DNA from: Podarcis bocagei
Taxonomy: Eukaryota
Strand: one strand, 5' to 3'
Assembly: GCA_964188305.1 (NCBI GenBank)
Contig: OZ076894.1
DNA length: 64,000 nucleotides
Position 1 is the first letter of the stretch, and the number at the start of each line of letters is the position of its first letter. Made by a program: the position numbers and the translations under genes. Below, in pieces: positions 52,558 to 64,000 of this stretch. The notes under the pieces were generated by a model, which was not told where the DNA came from, ran no database searches, and was given only the letters and a program-made list of their open reading frames with translations.

Positions 52558-53179
52558 CTTGGCTCTTTCTTGAACTGAGCATTTGGCTGTGGTCAGAGCA
52601 GATCACTGCAGTGGGATCCAAGCCCCTTCCCATCCCCAGCCAGGTAGGTTGCAGCATTCATGGTATCAGGAGAGCAGCTCCACCTCCATCACACTGGCCA
52701 TTACTGTTGCGAACCACAGGGCACCTGCTTGCCCCTAGGCTTTTCCCCATTCTTTTTGTCACCACATGGCTGTGCTCTTTTATAGACCCCCTTCCTTTCC
52801 AGGCACAAACTTGTAAGCTCAGAGAGCTATTTCCTCAACAGCATCAAGCTGTGATGCTGCAGCTAGCCAGCCCCTTAAGAAACACTTCTCTCAGGTGAGC
52901 AAAAGGGAAAGTTATGCTCTGCCAAAGCACTGTATCCTCCCGTAGCCATCTACAAATGGAGATTTTCTTCCAACATTTAAGAGCCAACTGTTTTAATTCA
53001 GGGGAGAGGGCAGAGGTAAATGACAGTGGAAATAAAGAGCTGAGTGAGAAGTTTGATTTAAAATATAGGTGTATTTCCATATGTTTTCAAACATCCGGTT
53101 TTGATAGGAGCAAACAGAAATCCTGTCTTACATGTTTCAGGAAAGACATTTTTAGAGGACCGTATGTGAGACCATTATT

Positions 53180-53543
53180 GGGACGCGGGTGGCGCTGTGG
53201 TCTAAACCACAGAGCCTAGGGCTTGCCAATCAGAAGGTCAGAGGTTCGAATCCCTGCTACAGGGTAAGCTCCCGTTGCTCGGTCCCAGCTCCTGCCCACG
53301 TAGCAGTTCAAAAGCACATCAAGTACAAGTAAATAAATAGGTACCGCTCTGGCAGGAAGGTAAACGGCGTTTCCATGCGCTGCTCTGGTTTGCCAGAAGT
53401 GGCTTAGTCATGCTGTCCACATGACCCAGAAGCTGTCTGCAGACAAACGCTGGCTCCCTTGGCCTATAGCGCAAGTTGAGCACCCAACCCCAGAGTCATC
53501 TGCGACTGGACCTAACGGTCGGCGTACCTTTACCTTTACCTTT
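53180..53543 (+). mobile_element. Sauria SINE, full length
   Basis: Consensus match; 15-bp TSD tatg(t/c)gagaccatta. Confidence 0.93.
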
Positions 53544-54355
53544 ATGCGAGACCATTAGCTCTCTTTTCCCTCTTGGAACTGCCTTTTTTCGCTCCAGCAA
53601 TACAGGGAACCAATAGCCTTGGTGTTGGACTTGTAACAAGGAGACCTATGTTTGAACAGAGATTTCACAATGGTGTTCGATAGTGAGCAACCTCAACTTA
53701 CTTACATTATTCTAATAAGAATAAATCAGGAGAAATAAGTTTCAGATATGGTACCCTGAGCTACTGAGACAGAAAGCGAGGAATAAGTTTGCCCTGAAAT
53801 CCTCCGTCACTCAGTACGAATACAGCATCATTGATACAAGTTTAGCAATAACTGAACCTGTTGATTAAGGGTTACAACACCTCCCAAAGCACTTCTTATC
53901 TGAGTGTAGTTCTTGAGTGATACATCATTAGTGCATCTTCCCAAAGTGTATTGCAGGGTTGAATTTTTGAGAAAGAAGATGCTTGAGAACTCTTATTTTC
54001 CAAGTATGTATTTTATTTAACTGTCTGGATTTTTATTGCAAAACTATTGAATGCTAACATTAAAGTGTCATCTCCATTGTCTGCCATCTACAAAAGCTCT
54101 TTCCTCAGTTGATTTGTCAGTCTTTATAGCAGAGGACTTTCATTTCTTTATCTGTTTTGAAAGATTTTTTATCCTGTTTTTTTCTGGCCCCAAGGCAAAG
54201 GCAAAGTTGATTCTCATTTCAAACACACATTCACACACACAATTTAACCCAATGAAAACAGAACATAAAAATCACAACACAAATGTATAGAACCAGTGAA
54301 ACCCACATAGGAAAACAAGCCTGGTTAAATAAATATAAAGGCTTGAAAGTAAATA

Positions 54356-54586
54356 CAGTGGTACCTCAGGTTAAGTACTTAATTCGTTCCGGAGGTCCGT
54401 ACTTAACCTGAAACTGTTCTTAACCTGAAGCACCACTTTAGGCGCTTTAATGGGGCCTCCTGCTGCTGCCGCACCGCTGGAGCCCAATTTCTGCTCTTAT
54501 CCTGAAGCAAAGTTCTTAACCTGAAGCACTATTTCTGGGTTAGTGGAGTGTGTAACCTGAAGCGTATGTAACCCAAGGTACCACTG
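54356..54586. mobile_element. Tc1/mariner (Tigger-like) MITE
   Basis: TIRs cagtggtacctcaggtta / taacccaaggtaccactg, TA flanks. Confidence 0.88.
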
Positions 54587-54999
54587 TAATGTGGTTGCCT
54601 CCCAAATCAAACTACCAACTAGTAAGTTTGTCTAAGAGCTATGACCTCTATATCCAAAACAGGCTATTATTCCCTTATTGTTGTTTGCAATATAACCATG
54701 CAAAACATTTTCTGCTTCTGCAGGGAAGCAGGGAGGAGGGGTTAATGTGTGAGCCTCCTAATTTCACCTTAGCTCATGAGCATTTGGCTCATAAAGAGAT
54801 GGACTATTCCACTCTCATCTGCAGGTGTAGGGATTATTCTGTTAGGAAGGCTGAAAGGACTAGGTAGCGCAGGAGGGACAGTTAATCCCTTTACGAATTC
54901 TGAGCATCTTTATTCTGATGGAATATGATAATAATGCTGAAATTACTATGGTGCATAATAGATCTATTGCCTGCTATATGCTGCATGTTTAAATTAATT

Positions 55000-57960
55000 T
55001 CATCTGCACTAACTTGGAACGTAAATGAGTACTCCAATTAAAATTAATATCAAACTTAAAATACGAAGGGTATGGTCTACCCAGATAACCCAGACCTTAC
55101 TTTTTAAATAAAAGACATACTTTAAAAAGAAAAAGAAACACAACACTGATACATATCCCTTCCTCCTGAAACAAGGTGGAGATTGGTACACCTCACAAGG
55201 TACTTGCAAAACTAGGGAGTCAGCAACCTGGATTTCTCCTAAACTTGATTTTCAATTAAAAGATGCACTAAGTGACCCTAATGGAAGATTTATCTTCTTC
55301 AAAGGACTGTTAGATAACTCCTGGCTGACATTATGCTCTGTTTATGTACCTAATACCCAACAAGAACAATTTCTAGATGAAGCTTTTACATTACTGCACT
55401 CATTTAAACAAGGCGAAGTGGTGATAAGTGGTAACTTTAATCTTGTACTTAATGATTATTTTGATAGAAGCAGAACATCTCACCTGTTGCAAAACCCACG
55501 CAAACCACCCACTTTTAAAGCATCCTTATACAACATATTACATTAACACAATTACTTTTATGCTTGGTGCTTAGCCAATACAGAACTAATAAACCATACA
55601 CATATGTCAGCAAGGTACAAAAATTATGCCAGTTTGTATTATTATTCACAACTCAGAAATTTGTCTTCTTAATATCTTGGGCCATGCCCCTGTTAACAGC
55701 TAAACCTTTCTATTGGATATTTTTAAAAATATGATTTAAAATGTTCTGAATTATTTGGGGGGGGAGACATTTTATCAATATGATGTTGATCTATTCCTTC
55801 CTAACCCTGAAACCTCATTATCTGCTGTTATGCATCAACTTGTTATATCTGGCAAGATATCTGGGTTCACCATTAACTTCAGCAAATGTGGGTTGATTCA
55901 CTCCTCTAAAATTACAACTGCATTGACACAAAACAACTGGCCTAAAACACTGTAATACCTCCTTTAACTAACAGAGTGAATATATCTTAGAATCTATCTA
56001 AACTAGAAAAATTGAACCTTAAACCCCTGATAAAAGATTTAACAACTAAGCTCAAAAATTGGTCAAAACTAACATACTCATAGTTAGTCAGAGTGTCTAA
56101 AATAAAAATGATGCTATTGTCATACCTTCTTTACTTATTCAGAGTCTTACCAATAAGCATACCCATCTCTCAAGTTAATAATTACCAAAAGCTACTAAAT
56201 TTTATTCATGCCAACAAGAGACCTTGGCTATCTCATAAAACCCAAGAAACAATGAGGTAGAGTGATACCAAACCTAAAATGGTATAAAGACTCTGCTCAC
56301 TTCCAGAATATCATTTTGATTTTACTTCTAAACTAAACACAAGCCCCTTGCAGCACCAGAAATAAATTTTATATTGGGCTATACCATGTGGCTGGTTAGA
56401 GATACACCAGATTTTACATTTTCTAAATAAGCCAAATATAAGGATTCAAGTACTACACAGTTTAAATAGTTTTAGGCAACTACTCAACTCAACTAACCCA
56501 CCGGGGAAAGGAATAATCTCCCAACTATCTAAAATTCTCACACAAAGCATATTCTCCATCACGGAGAGCACGTGTTGCGGTTGGGGATTCCAAGACACCT
56601 TGCTGTTTCTGGGCAGATGGTTTGGCCAACTCGTAAGCAGGGGCGGGCTGTTACTGGGGAAAATTACATGTTGCCATTTAGTGATTGACAGCCCTATTTG
56701 GTAAATACAAGGCACGCAGCAACGGACGTCCTCTTTCGCTGCGTGCTTCGGATCAACCGCCCTCCCTTCCCTAATGTTAGGCTGTTTGCTTGACCTTGCT
56801 ATTGCCTGTCATGGGGTCGTCTGCTTTGGGGCAGGGGCCCGGTAGGAATTTTGCCATTTGGCTGATTAGTGTGTGCCACTTGGTTTTCACCTACCGCGTA
56901 GCAAATCATCACAACTTGTAAGGTTTGCGGTTAGGCATTGGTCTGGAATTGGTTGCTGGGGGGTATGGATTCGGCTGTGCCTGCCCCCCAAAATGCTGCT
57001 GCTGGTGGAGGGGTATGGATTCGGCTGTGCCTGCTGCTCCAAAATGCTGCTGCTGCTGCTGAAGGGTTTTACCGTTAAAGGAACCCAGGGGCTCTCCCAT
57101 GCTGTTGTCCGAAACCCCCTGGCAAGGGGCTAGGGCCACGCAAGCCCCTGGGAGCATGCTGGGGAGAGGTGAGTCTCCCCAGGTGACTTACCCTTCCTGA
57201 CTTTGCGGGGGGTGCAAATGTCAGAGCTGTCCCCATGCGGGGGCAGTTAGTGCTACCAATGCCTAAGCAACCACTCACATTGCTGTATTTGAATAAAGTT
57301 GTGGCCAAAATTATGCCAAAAAAATTAAACAAAAATTAAGTGTCAATTGTGTTTTCCTTTGGGGTGTATTGGGGACCTCGACACGCAATTAGCTATCCTT
57401 CCTCTCACTTTATTAAGACTTAAAATGGGGAAAAGATTTTGGAGAAGAACTAGAGGAACAACTCTGGGAAATAATTTGGAATAATCTACCATTTGCATCC
57501 ATCTTAATTAGAACATGAGAAGATGCTTTAAACATAGCACATCACTGGCACATGTGCCCAACCAGAGTATGCAGAATTAATCCTAACACATCCAAACTTT
57601 GCTGGCAGGAATGCAATTTTCCTGGCTCTCAAGTACACATGGTGATTTCCCCCCAAACTCAAAAAAGTTATGAAACAATTGATCAGACCCCAAATTAGCC
57701 CCCCTATCTTATTTTAATTCTTGGTGTAAGAACATAGCCAATAAAGACCTCATCCTCCATTTATTAACTGCAGTGATTGCAAAAAATAAATAAATGGAAA
57801 ACTTTAAATGCAAATCTTTTTGAAGCCTGGATTTCAGAAGTATGGAACATTTTGCTTCTGGACAAATTAACCATTTCACAAAATGAATATTGATCTGGAA
57901 AGGGAAAGACTCAAATCTTCTACATGACATGTTATCCTTTTATTTATTTAGTTAAGACAA
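55000..57960 (+). pseudogene. Heavily degenerate L1-clade ORF2 remnants, interrupted by the structured element
   Basis: Endonuclease-like DPNGRFI, VYVPN and GNFN; RT-like SGFTINFSK; A/C-rich L1 composition; many stops and deletions. Ends are approximate. Confidence 0.6.
56544..57388 (+). mobile_element. Non-coding structured element, copy B (probable DIRS/Ngaro-type repeat)
   Basis: GC-rich insert in the AT-rich L1; homologous to 46173-46997; GC box 56641-56648, TATA-like taaata 56702-56707, AATAAA 57292-57297. Confidence 0.7.
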
Positions 57961-59539
57961 TCAAACATGGTTTTCACCCTTCATTGACTCATGGATAGAC
58001 ACTTTAATTTGATTGCCTTTCTCGGAATGTCTAAAACTACAACCATCAGCTGGTGTTTTTTCTGTATAACTACTAAACTCTGTTTTCCTTGTATGAGCAG
58101 GTTTTGTTACTTGAAATTTAAAATCAATTTCAGAAAGTGCTTGCAACAAGTTTGCCCAAACAGGCAAAAATGGGAGGTGAGTTTTGGAGCATGAACTCAT
58201 ACGCAAAGGAGACATAATTTAGCCTCATCCGTTTTCCACAACCCCTGCAGGTTGGCAGGTCCCAGGTTATGCTTCCATAACATGATCCTTACAGTATTTT
58301 TTGGGCTAAGCTCTTAAACTCTCAATTACCACTTTTTAACTAGATATCTTCTTTTTTTTCTGAAAAGTATTTTACGTTTGCTAATAAAGTTTTGTATTAC
58401 AATTGTGAATTATGTCACATGGTGACATACACAAGCACTACAAATTGTATGTAGCTTGTTTCTTTGTTGGCAGTTGGATTAACCCACCCTATGACATGAT
58501 CATAATGCCCTTTAATAATCTCACTACATGCCCACTGTCTGTTGTGTTTTTCTCCAACAGCTGCTATCTTAATTTTTGGAGTATACGCACTGCTAACGCA
58601 CCATCAGCCAGTTCTTCACTCTCCAGGACTTTGCTTAAGCCATTTGCTAAAAAGCATATAATCAAACAGACCTTTAATGCAGTAATCCATCAGGCAAAGC
58701 CTGCAGATGAAGAAATGGCTGGAAAGAGAAAAGTCTTGCATGTCATATAATCATCACCATAGGGTGACTCTCAGAATGTCTAATGGCATAAAGCTGGAAG
58801 TACAAATAACACTATTTAAGTCTGCAACCCTTAAACCACTCACTCCATACTAGATGACTGCAAGATTTCAGCCCATATACTTTCACCTTTGTTTCAGTTA
58901 AAAAGAGAGACTTCAATAAAATATACATACCGAACCTAACAACTTGTATTTTGCCTGAAACAGCTAATTCAGCAAAGATGACTCTTCCTCACACTTTAAA
59001 TAGTCGTTTGTAGAAGAGAAAACAGCAGTTTGAGGTGAGCCAGGAGTTGAGAGATGAAGCCACAAGTCAGGGTCAAACAGCTACCCAACTGCTTAGGCAA
59101 GCTATGATATTTTCTATCATGTTGTCTTTAAAAAGCTGGGCAGATTTTCATTAGATAGGGTACCTGCAGGTAATATGTAAGCTAGATGCACATAGAACTG
59201 GGAGGAGATATGCTGTTACTAAATCATTGTTGTGTGGAGGAAGGATGGAATTCAAGGAAACCCAACGACAAACTTTCATTAATGCTCTCCCCTCGCACAT
59301 TGTGAAGTCCATGTAATTGGGTTTGATTGCAATAGTAAAAAGGAGAAGAGAGAGAAATAAGGGGGTAACAGAAAAAGAAAATGGGGTGTTCATGATCATC
59401 AGGGCTGCAAAGCATCAAACTCAGCCCTCTACAAACACCAACAATCAGGGCTTGCAAAGCGCCACATAGGGTGCTATGTATAGGGGTTTGCTAGCACCTG
59501 AAAACCTGTTTTTGGCACAGCTGTGTCTTTATCTGCTCC

Positions 59540-59650
59540 ACAGGGCTCTTTTTCAGCCAAAATTCAGTTCCGTCACCTCTCAGGTAGGCGAGAACAAGGG
59601 AGGCATTTGTGGTGAGTCCTGGCACCTCTTTTTCCAGAAAAATAGCACTA
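59540..59650. mobile_element. Short hAT-like MITE (family of 52427)
   Basis: cagggctctttt...cacctctcaggt...aaaaatagcacta. Confidence 0.65.
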
Positions 59651-59780
59651 ACTAACATCGTATGTGAAGTCAGGTGTAAGGGAGGTGAGGAGAACATGGC
59701 CAAGATGACCTTGTGGGCCAAATGAGGTTTTAGTGTGCCTCATTAGGTGCACAGGCCAGAAGTTCCCCATGACTGGCCTA

Positions 59781-59781
<1 letters not shown>

Positions 59782-59818
<37 letters not shown>

Positions 59819-59830
59819 TGTGTGTGTGTG
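59782..59830. repeat. (AC)n(GT)n head-to-head microsatellite
   Basis: Perfect 30-bp palindrome at 59801-59830 centred on cacgtg. Confidence 0.95.
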
Positions 59831-61611
59831 TTTTACAATGGGTTGGAAGAAAGTTGTTTTCAGACTTTGTCAGAACGCATAACAAAAGTCATACCAAAAG
59901 ACAACTTTGAAGGATGCTTCCAAAATGAGGGAGACAACGCTGCAATTGGCAACATGTTATTCATAAGGTTGATGTTGCAAATCAATAGGGCAAAGAGCTC
60001 CAAAAGGTTATCTTTAAGCGAGGGGAAAAACAACAAAATGGGAGATGTGAGAAACTCTCTTCTTAAGATAAGCTGATGAGGTCAAAGGGCTACACAGAAG
60101 TAAAACCATAGTGGAAAGTTCACTGACAATGTCAGCTTTCAGTGTTTTGTGGCAGTGAAATACAAACTCTGTATTACAAACTGTTAAGGAAGTGACCGGG
60201 GGGATGAGCATGATTATGTTTCTGATTTCTGATTTCTTTGCTAGTGAAACAGGGGAATTCCTTCTTCATTCTAAAATGTTCCTAATCATATGTTCTTCTC
60301 TGTCAGATTCTGAGAAAAGAAACTTTACTTTTAAAGCAATGGAAATTGCCTTTTCCCATAACTGAAATTTGCAAGTCAGTATCTCATCATTCTTGGGTCT
60401 TCTACATGCCAAAACCTCAGCCTTCTTAGCACTGGTGCCGGTTAGCCCAAGCCTAACCAAGTTGACTCATATGTAACAACATTGATTTTCATTATTCTTG
60501 CTTCCATTAAGTATGTTGAGGGCTACACCCGCAAACAGCTAAAAGTCTCCTAGAATAATTTATAGGAGGAATTTAAAACAGCAAACAGCATGTATCTCTG
60601 GTATACAAATGCCTTAAGGCTGTTTTTTTCAACAGTTGTCCCCCAAGCCCTTCACTTTTCATGTCCTATAATAATAAATAAGGTTCGTTCAAAGCACTCT
60701 GTGTGTGTACCCAGCAATAAAAATATAGATTATATTCAAGCCATAAAAGCTAGGAATAAAGGCTTTGAGTTCTTCCATTCCAATAAAGTTTTTGCTTCTG
60801 TTTCACTGCTGATAGAATGTCGTAAATTTTGTCATATTCATGACACAATTATAGCAAAACATCTGTTTGTGGTTATGAACCGACAAAGTATACATACTTT
60901 TTGCTGATCAATAAAATGTGCAATAAATGTCGGGAAAGTTGACATCATAAATTAAACCCAATGATAAGATATTTGGATTCAAGGACGGTTAGGACAAACT
61001 GTGATGCTTACAGCAGTGAAAAGGACAGAGACTAAAAATTGATTTGGGAGAACTTATCTATAAACCCTCCTAAAATCCTTCTTCATTGACACTCTTCTAA
61101 CTTTTCCTTATCTGCTTGAAGCATGGTGGGAATTGGTAAGGTAGAAAGACATGCCTAGCTTTGATTTATACAAGGTTATATTTGGAAAGATTTTCATTTC
61201 ATTTTGTAGGGAGCTCTGCTGTTATAAGAATTTTTCATACAATTAACACAATGAACAACCAAACATACATAATGTAACACCTCATTTAGCATGGCCAAGG
61301 GAAGAGTTGTGAAGATGAATGATGTTACTTATATATTTTTTTACATCAGAATAAGAAGTTACATGAAACCAAGCCTCACTATTCAGAACAGCCCAGCTTG
61401 CTTTTCAATTAATATCAAACAAGTTTGTCCTCTCCTGTTGCTTGTATACTGGTGGAAAGAGAGAGGATCAATGTTGCCTCCATCTCTCTCCCCATCCCAA
61501 GGGGCATAAAGTGATAAATGCATCCAGTATGGTTGCGTCAGTCCCTCTTGAGTTCTGAAAACTATGAAGCCTCTAGGCAAAAGATTCCTGCATTACAGAA
61601 ATAGCTAAGAG

Positions 61612-61726
61612 GACCAATGGTCAGGGATGATGGGAATTGTAGTCCCAAACATCTGGAGGGCTGGAGTTTGCCTATGCCTGGACTAGATGATTCTTTGTGG
61701 TCCATTCAAATTCTATAATTCTATGA
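61612..61726 (+). mobile_element. Half of a palindromic hAT MITE followed by a CR1 3' tail
   Basis: agggatgatgggaattgtagtcccaaacatctggaggg...atgcctg, then gactagatga...ttctataattctatga. Confidence 0.65.
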
Positions 61727-62268
61727 GCCTATGTATGTTCCCTGTGTTGGCTCCATTGGGTGATATCCAATTCTATACTCAGGGCAGACCCCTTGAAATC
61801 CATGGCCTCATTCTGGATATGATTTCACCCATCAAGAATCCTCAATTTATTCTCTGCTTATTCTTCTTCTTTCGGTAAGTGAGCCCACTGTATAGATCTC
61901 AAGTTTTGTTTCTTTCGGGATGAAATGCAAATGTTATAGTGTAGTAGATCCAACGCCATTTCCTTGATTTAATAAATCACCTACACTTTTGTGAAAAAGC
62001 ATTAGCGTCATCAACTTTCAAGACAAACATTAGTAACAAATGCTTAATCTTAATAATGTCACAATGGAAAGTGATTATTTTAACTGATTACTTCTGAGTT
62101 GGGAGAGAATGTTATATCAAACTTGACAAATGCAAATTTTTACTTCTCGAGAAGAGTTTAATCAGTTTAATGTGTCATTAAATTAACTGGCATTCCTCAA
62201 TACCCCAATGCAGCCACTGAAAGTCAGTCTGCTCATTCACCCAAAGCCCTGATATATTCAAAGTTAAG

Positions 62269-63021
62269 CTAAGATTGTTTTGGTAAAGGGAGTTGTATGA
62301 ACTTCTGAAGCTTCTGTAACAGAAAAATTTGCTTCTCATCTGTGAAAAGACAATCAATGTTAGCATCATGCATATTTTTAACCTTGTCACAAAACTCCTG
62401 AAACTTTTCTAAAGTTTCTTGTGGTTTCTCCATCAAATACACCCAAGAATAATTAGTGAAACAATCCACACACAAAAGGTAATATTTTGCATTGCCCCTA
62501 GATGGTTCTAGAGGACCAATCACATCAGCATACACCCGCTGAAATGCTCTGTCGACCTTCGGCACCTTCCGGGCGCTCTTGGTCACACCTGCAAGAGAGA
62601 TTACGTTAGAATCAGAAGAATTACATTTCATGTAATCACTTTGATCAAAAGTCAACAAATACAGTCCATCTTTCTCTTTGGCAGTAAGAAACAGTTCTCC
62701 ATCTTTGTAGATCTTGCAGCTTTTAGCATCATAGGACAGTTTCAGTCCTTTCTTTGCAATCTGCGACACGCTCAGCAGATTAAATTTCAGTTCTGGAACC
62801 AGGTAAACATCGCTTATAGTCAAGTTCAGACTCTCAAGATACACAGTCCCAATTCCAGTCGCTTCCAACTCTTGACCGTTGGCCTGTTTCACAGTGAAGC
62901 TTTGCTTCTTCAACGTCGAAAACAGTTCTCTGTGCGGGCATAAATGTTTTGTACACCCAGTGTCGATTATGAAGGCGTGGTTCCTTTCGCCATCATAGCC
63001 TTTGCAGGTTTCACCTGGCAC
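62269..63021 (-). pseudogene. pol: Copia pol fragment: aspartic protease plus partial integrase
   Basis: FIIDTGCTKHL (protease active site), VYLVPELKFNLLSVSQI, GLY, YADVIGP, YYLLCVDCFTNYSWVYLM; in the -1 frame relative to gag; similarity ends near 62295. Confidence 0.85.
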
Positions 63022-64000
63022 TTGGTACGGCTTTTGCCTGACGCCTCAGGCTTCGTAGAGCTGCTCTTTGCTCCTTTTGACTGTCGCGGCTTCTTACAGT
63101 TTCGCTGTAGATGCCCAGTCTGTCCACAATTGTAGCATCGGACAGCACTCAATGCTACACCATGCTCTCCAGTAGCACCATCAGTGGGGGAATTCGAACT
63201 CTGTTCTACCCTCCCCCTGTCCTTCACTTCCAGTGCAGCAAGTCTGTCGTGTTCGTTCAGGACCACAGCACACACTCTTTCCGCGGTTAGCTGAGCGGCA
63301 GGTAGGGAACCAAGCTGACTGGCAACAACCTTATAGGTGCGATTAAGGCTGTTTATCATCATGAAGCAAAACACTTCCTCCTGTAGACGGAAATTGCGTT
63401 CCACCATCTGTTGACGCAGAAACTTCATTTCTGTCAGGTGCGCTTGAACATCTCCATCAGGCGCAAGTCTCAGATTGGTCAACTTCTCAAAGTACAGCAA
63501 CGCTGAAGAACCAGCATCTCTCTGATGCGTTGTACGCAGCGTGTCCCAAACCTCTTTCGCATTTTCTAAATGCTGGATATGCACCAATTGCTGATCTGAG
63601 ACACACAGAATTATAGCAGTCCTGGCCCTCACGTTCTGTGATTCCCAACCTCCGGTTGGTGCTGCAGGGATGGGGTTTTCAATTACATCAAAAAGCCTCC
63701 GATTCTGCAGCAGGGCCTTCATCTTTACAGACCAAGATGAATAATTGTCATTGGTTAAGGGAGGTGGGTAAGGCAAACCTCCCCCTTTCTTGGCATCCAT
63801 CTTGAAGCCAAGCCTCTAACTCACACTGTCAAACAAGCTGTAAAATCCAACAGTTGTTTTTACCTTTCTCAGTCAGGCAGGCTGCAAGCTGTTTATGCTT
63901 TTAGCACCTGGCAGCTTGACGCTAGCTGCTATGGAAAGTCCCTTCCAAGAGCACGTAAACTTTGTAGCCAAAACATTCCGTGGCTTTGTTTCGCTTTCCC
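62295..64000 (-). mobile_element. Ty1/copia LTR retrotransposon, internal 5' part (3'-truncated; 5' LTR presumably beyond the window)
   Basis: Domain order gag - protease - integrase with no RT before the integrase, diagnostic of copia. Confidence 0.9.
62967..63800 (-). CDS. gag: Copia Gag (277 aa) with CCHC zinc knuckle
   Basis: LTNDNYSSWSVKMKALL, AKEVWDTLR (UBN2-type gag), CYNCGQTGHLQRNC. Confidence 0.88.
   Translation of the reverse strand: MDAKKGGGLPYPPPLTNDNYSSWSVKMKALLQNRRLFDVIENPIPAAPTGGWESQNVRARTAIILCVSDQQLVHIQHLENAKEVWDTLRTTHQRDAGSSALLYFEKLTNLRLAPDGDVQAHLTEMKFLRQQMVERNFRLQEEVFCFMMINSLNRTYKVVASQLGSLPAAQLTAERVCAVVLNEHDRLAALEVKDRGRVEQSSNSPTDGATGEHGVALSAVRCYNCGQTGHLQRNCKKPRQSKGAKSSSTKPEASGKSRTKCQVKPAKAMMAKGTTPS

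Noticed and set aside
57098-57135. ctgttgtccgaaac in the structured element, resembling a hammerhead core
   Set aside because: No CUGANGA box or stem II, and copy A lacks the GAAA
58540-58750. Strong plus-strand acceptor tgtttttctccaacag with downstream ORF
   Set aside because: No matching donor or recognisable peptide
61860-62290. Possible 3' LTR or continued pol of the copia element
   Set aside because: No clear polypurine tract, LTR termini or further pol motifs; reads as ordinary AT-rich flank
1-64000. CRISPR arrays, operons or other prokaryotic systems; the many 60-120 aa ORFs in the track
   Set aside because: Vertebrate repeat landscape with no repeat-spacer arrays; the short ORFs map to TEs, microsatellites or chance

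Overview
Eukaryotic, non-coding, repeat-rich DNA from a squamate, most likely a lacertid lizard (inferred from the repeat families, not from a search). I recognise no host protein-coding exon, so the window is probably a large intron or intergenic DNA. It holds 12 Sauria SINEs, other tRNA-derived SINEs, and fragments of CR1, L2, L1 and BovB LINEs. It also has Tc1/mariner (TA TSD) and hAT (8-bp TSD) MITEs, two Gypsy-type solo LTRs, two Penelope-like fragments, a truncated Ty1/copia element at the right end, microsatellites and a 129-N gap. The most interesting signal is two diverged copies (46173-46997 minus, 56544-57388 plus) of a ~830-bp element with no TSD and no shared ORF, probably related to DIRS/Ngaro. 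Between a promoter-like region and an AATAAA, both copies keep the same set of about ten helices, several with compensatory changes, which suggests a mobile structured ncRNA or ssDNA. Also notable are a minimal type I hammerhead ribozyme in a Penelope fragment, a 205-aa ORF filling the U3 of a solo LTR, and a copia integrase lacking its HHCC finger in frame. Family names come from motif recognition by eye, and most boundaries are accurate to a few bases.
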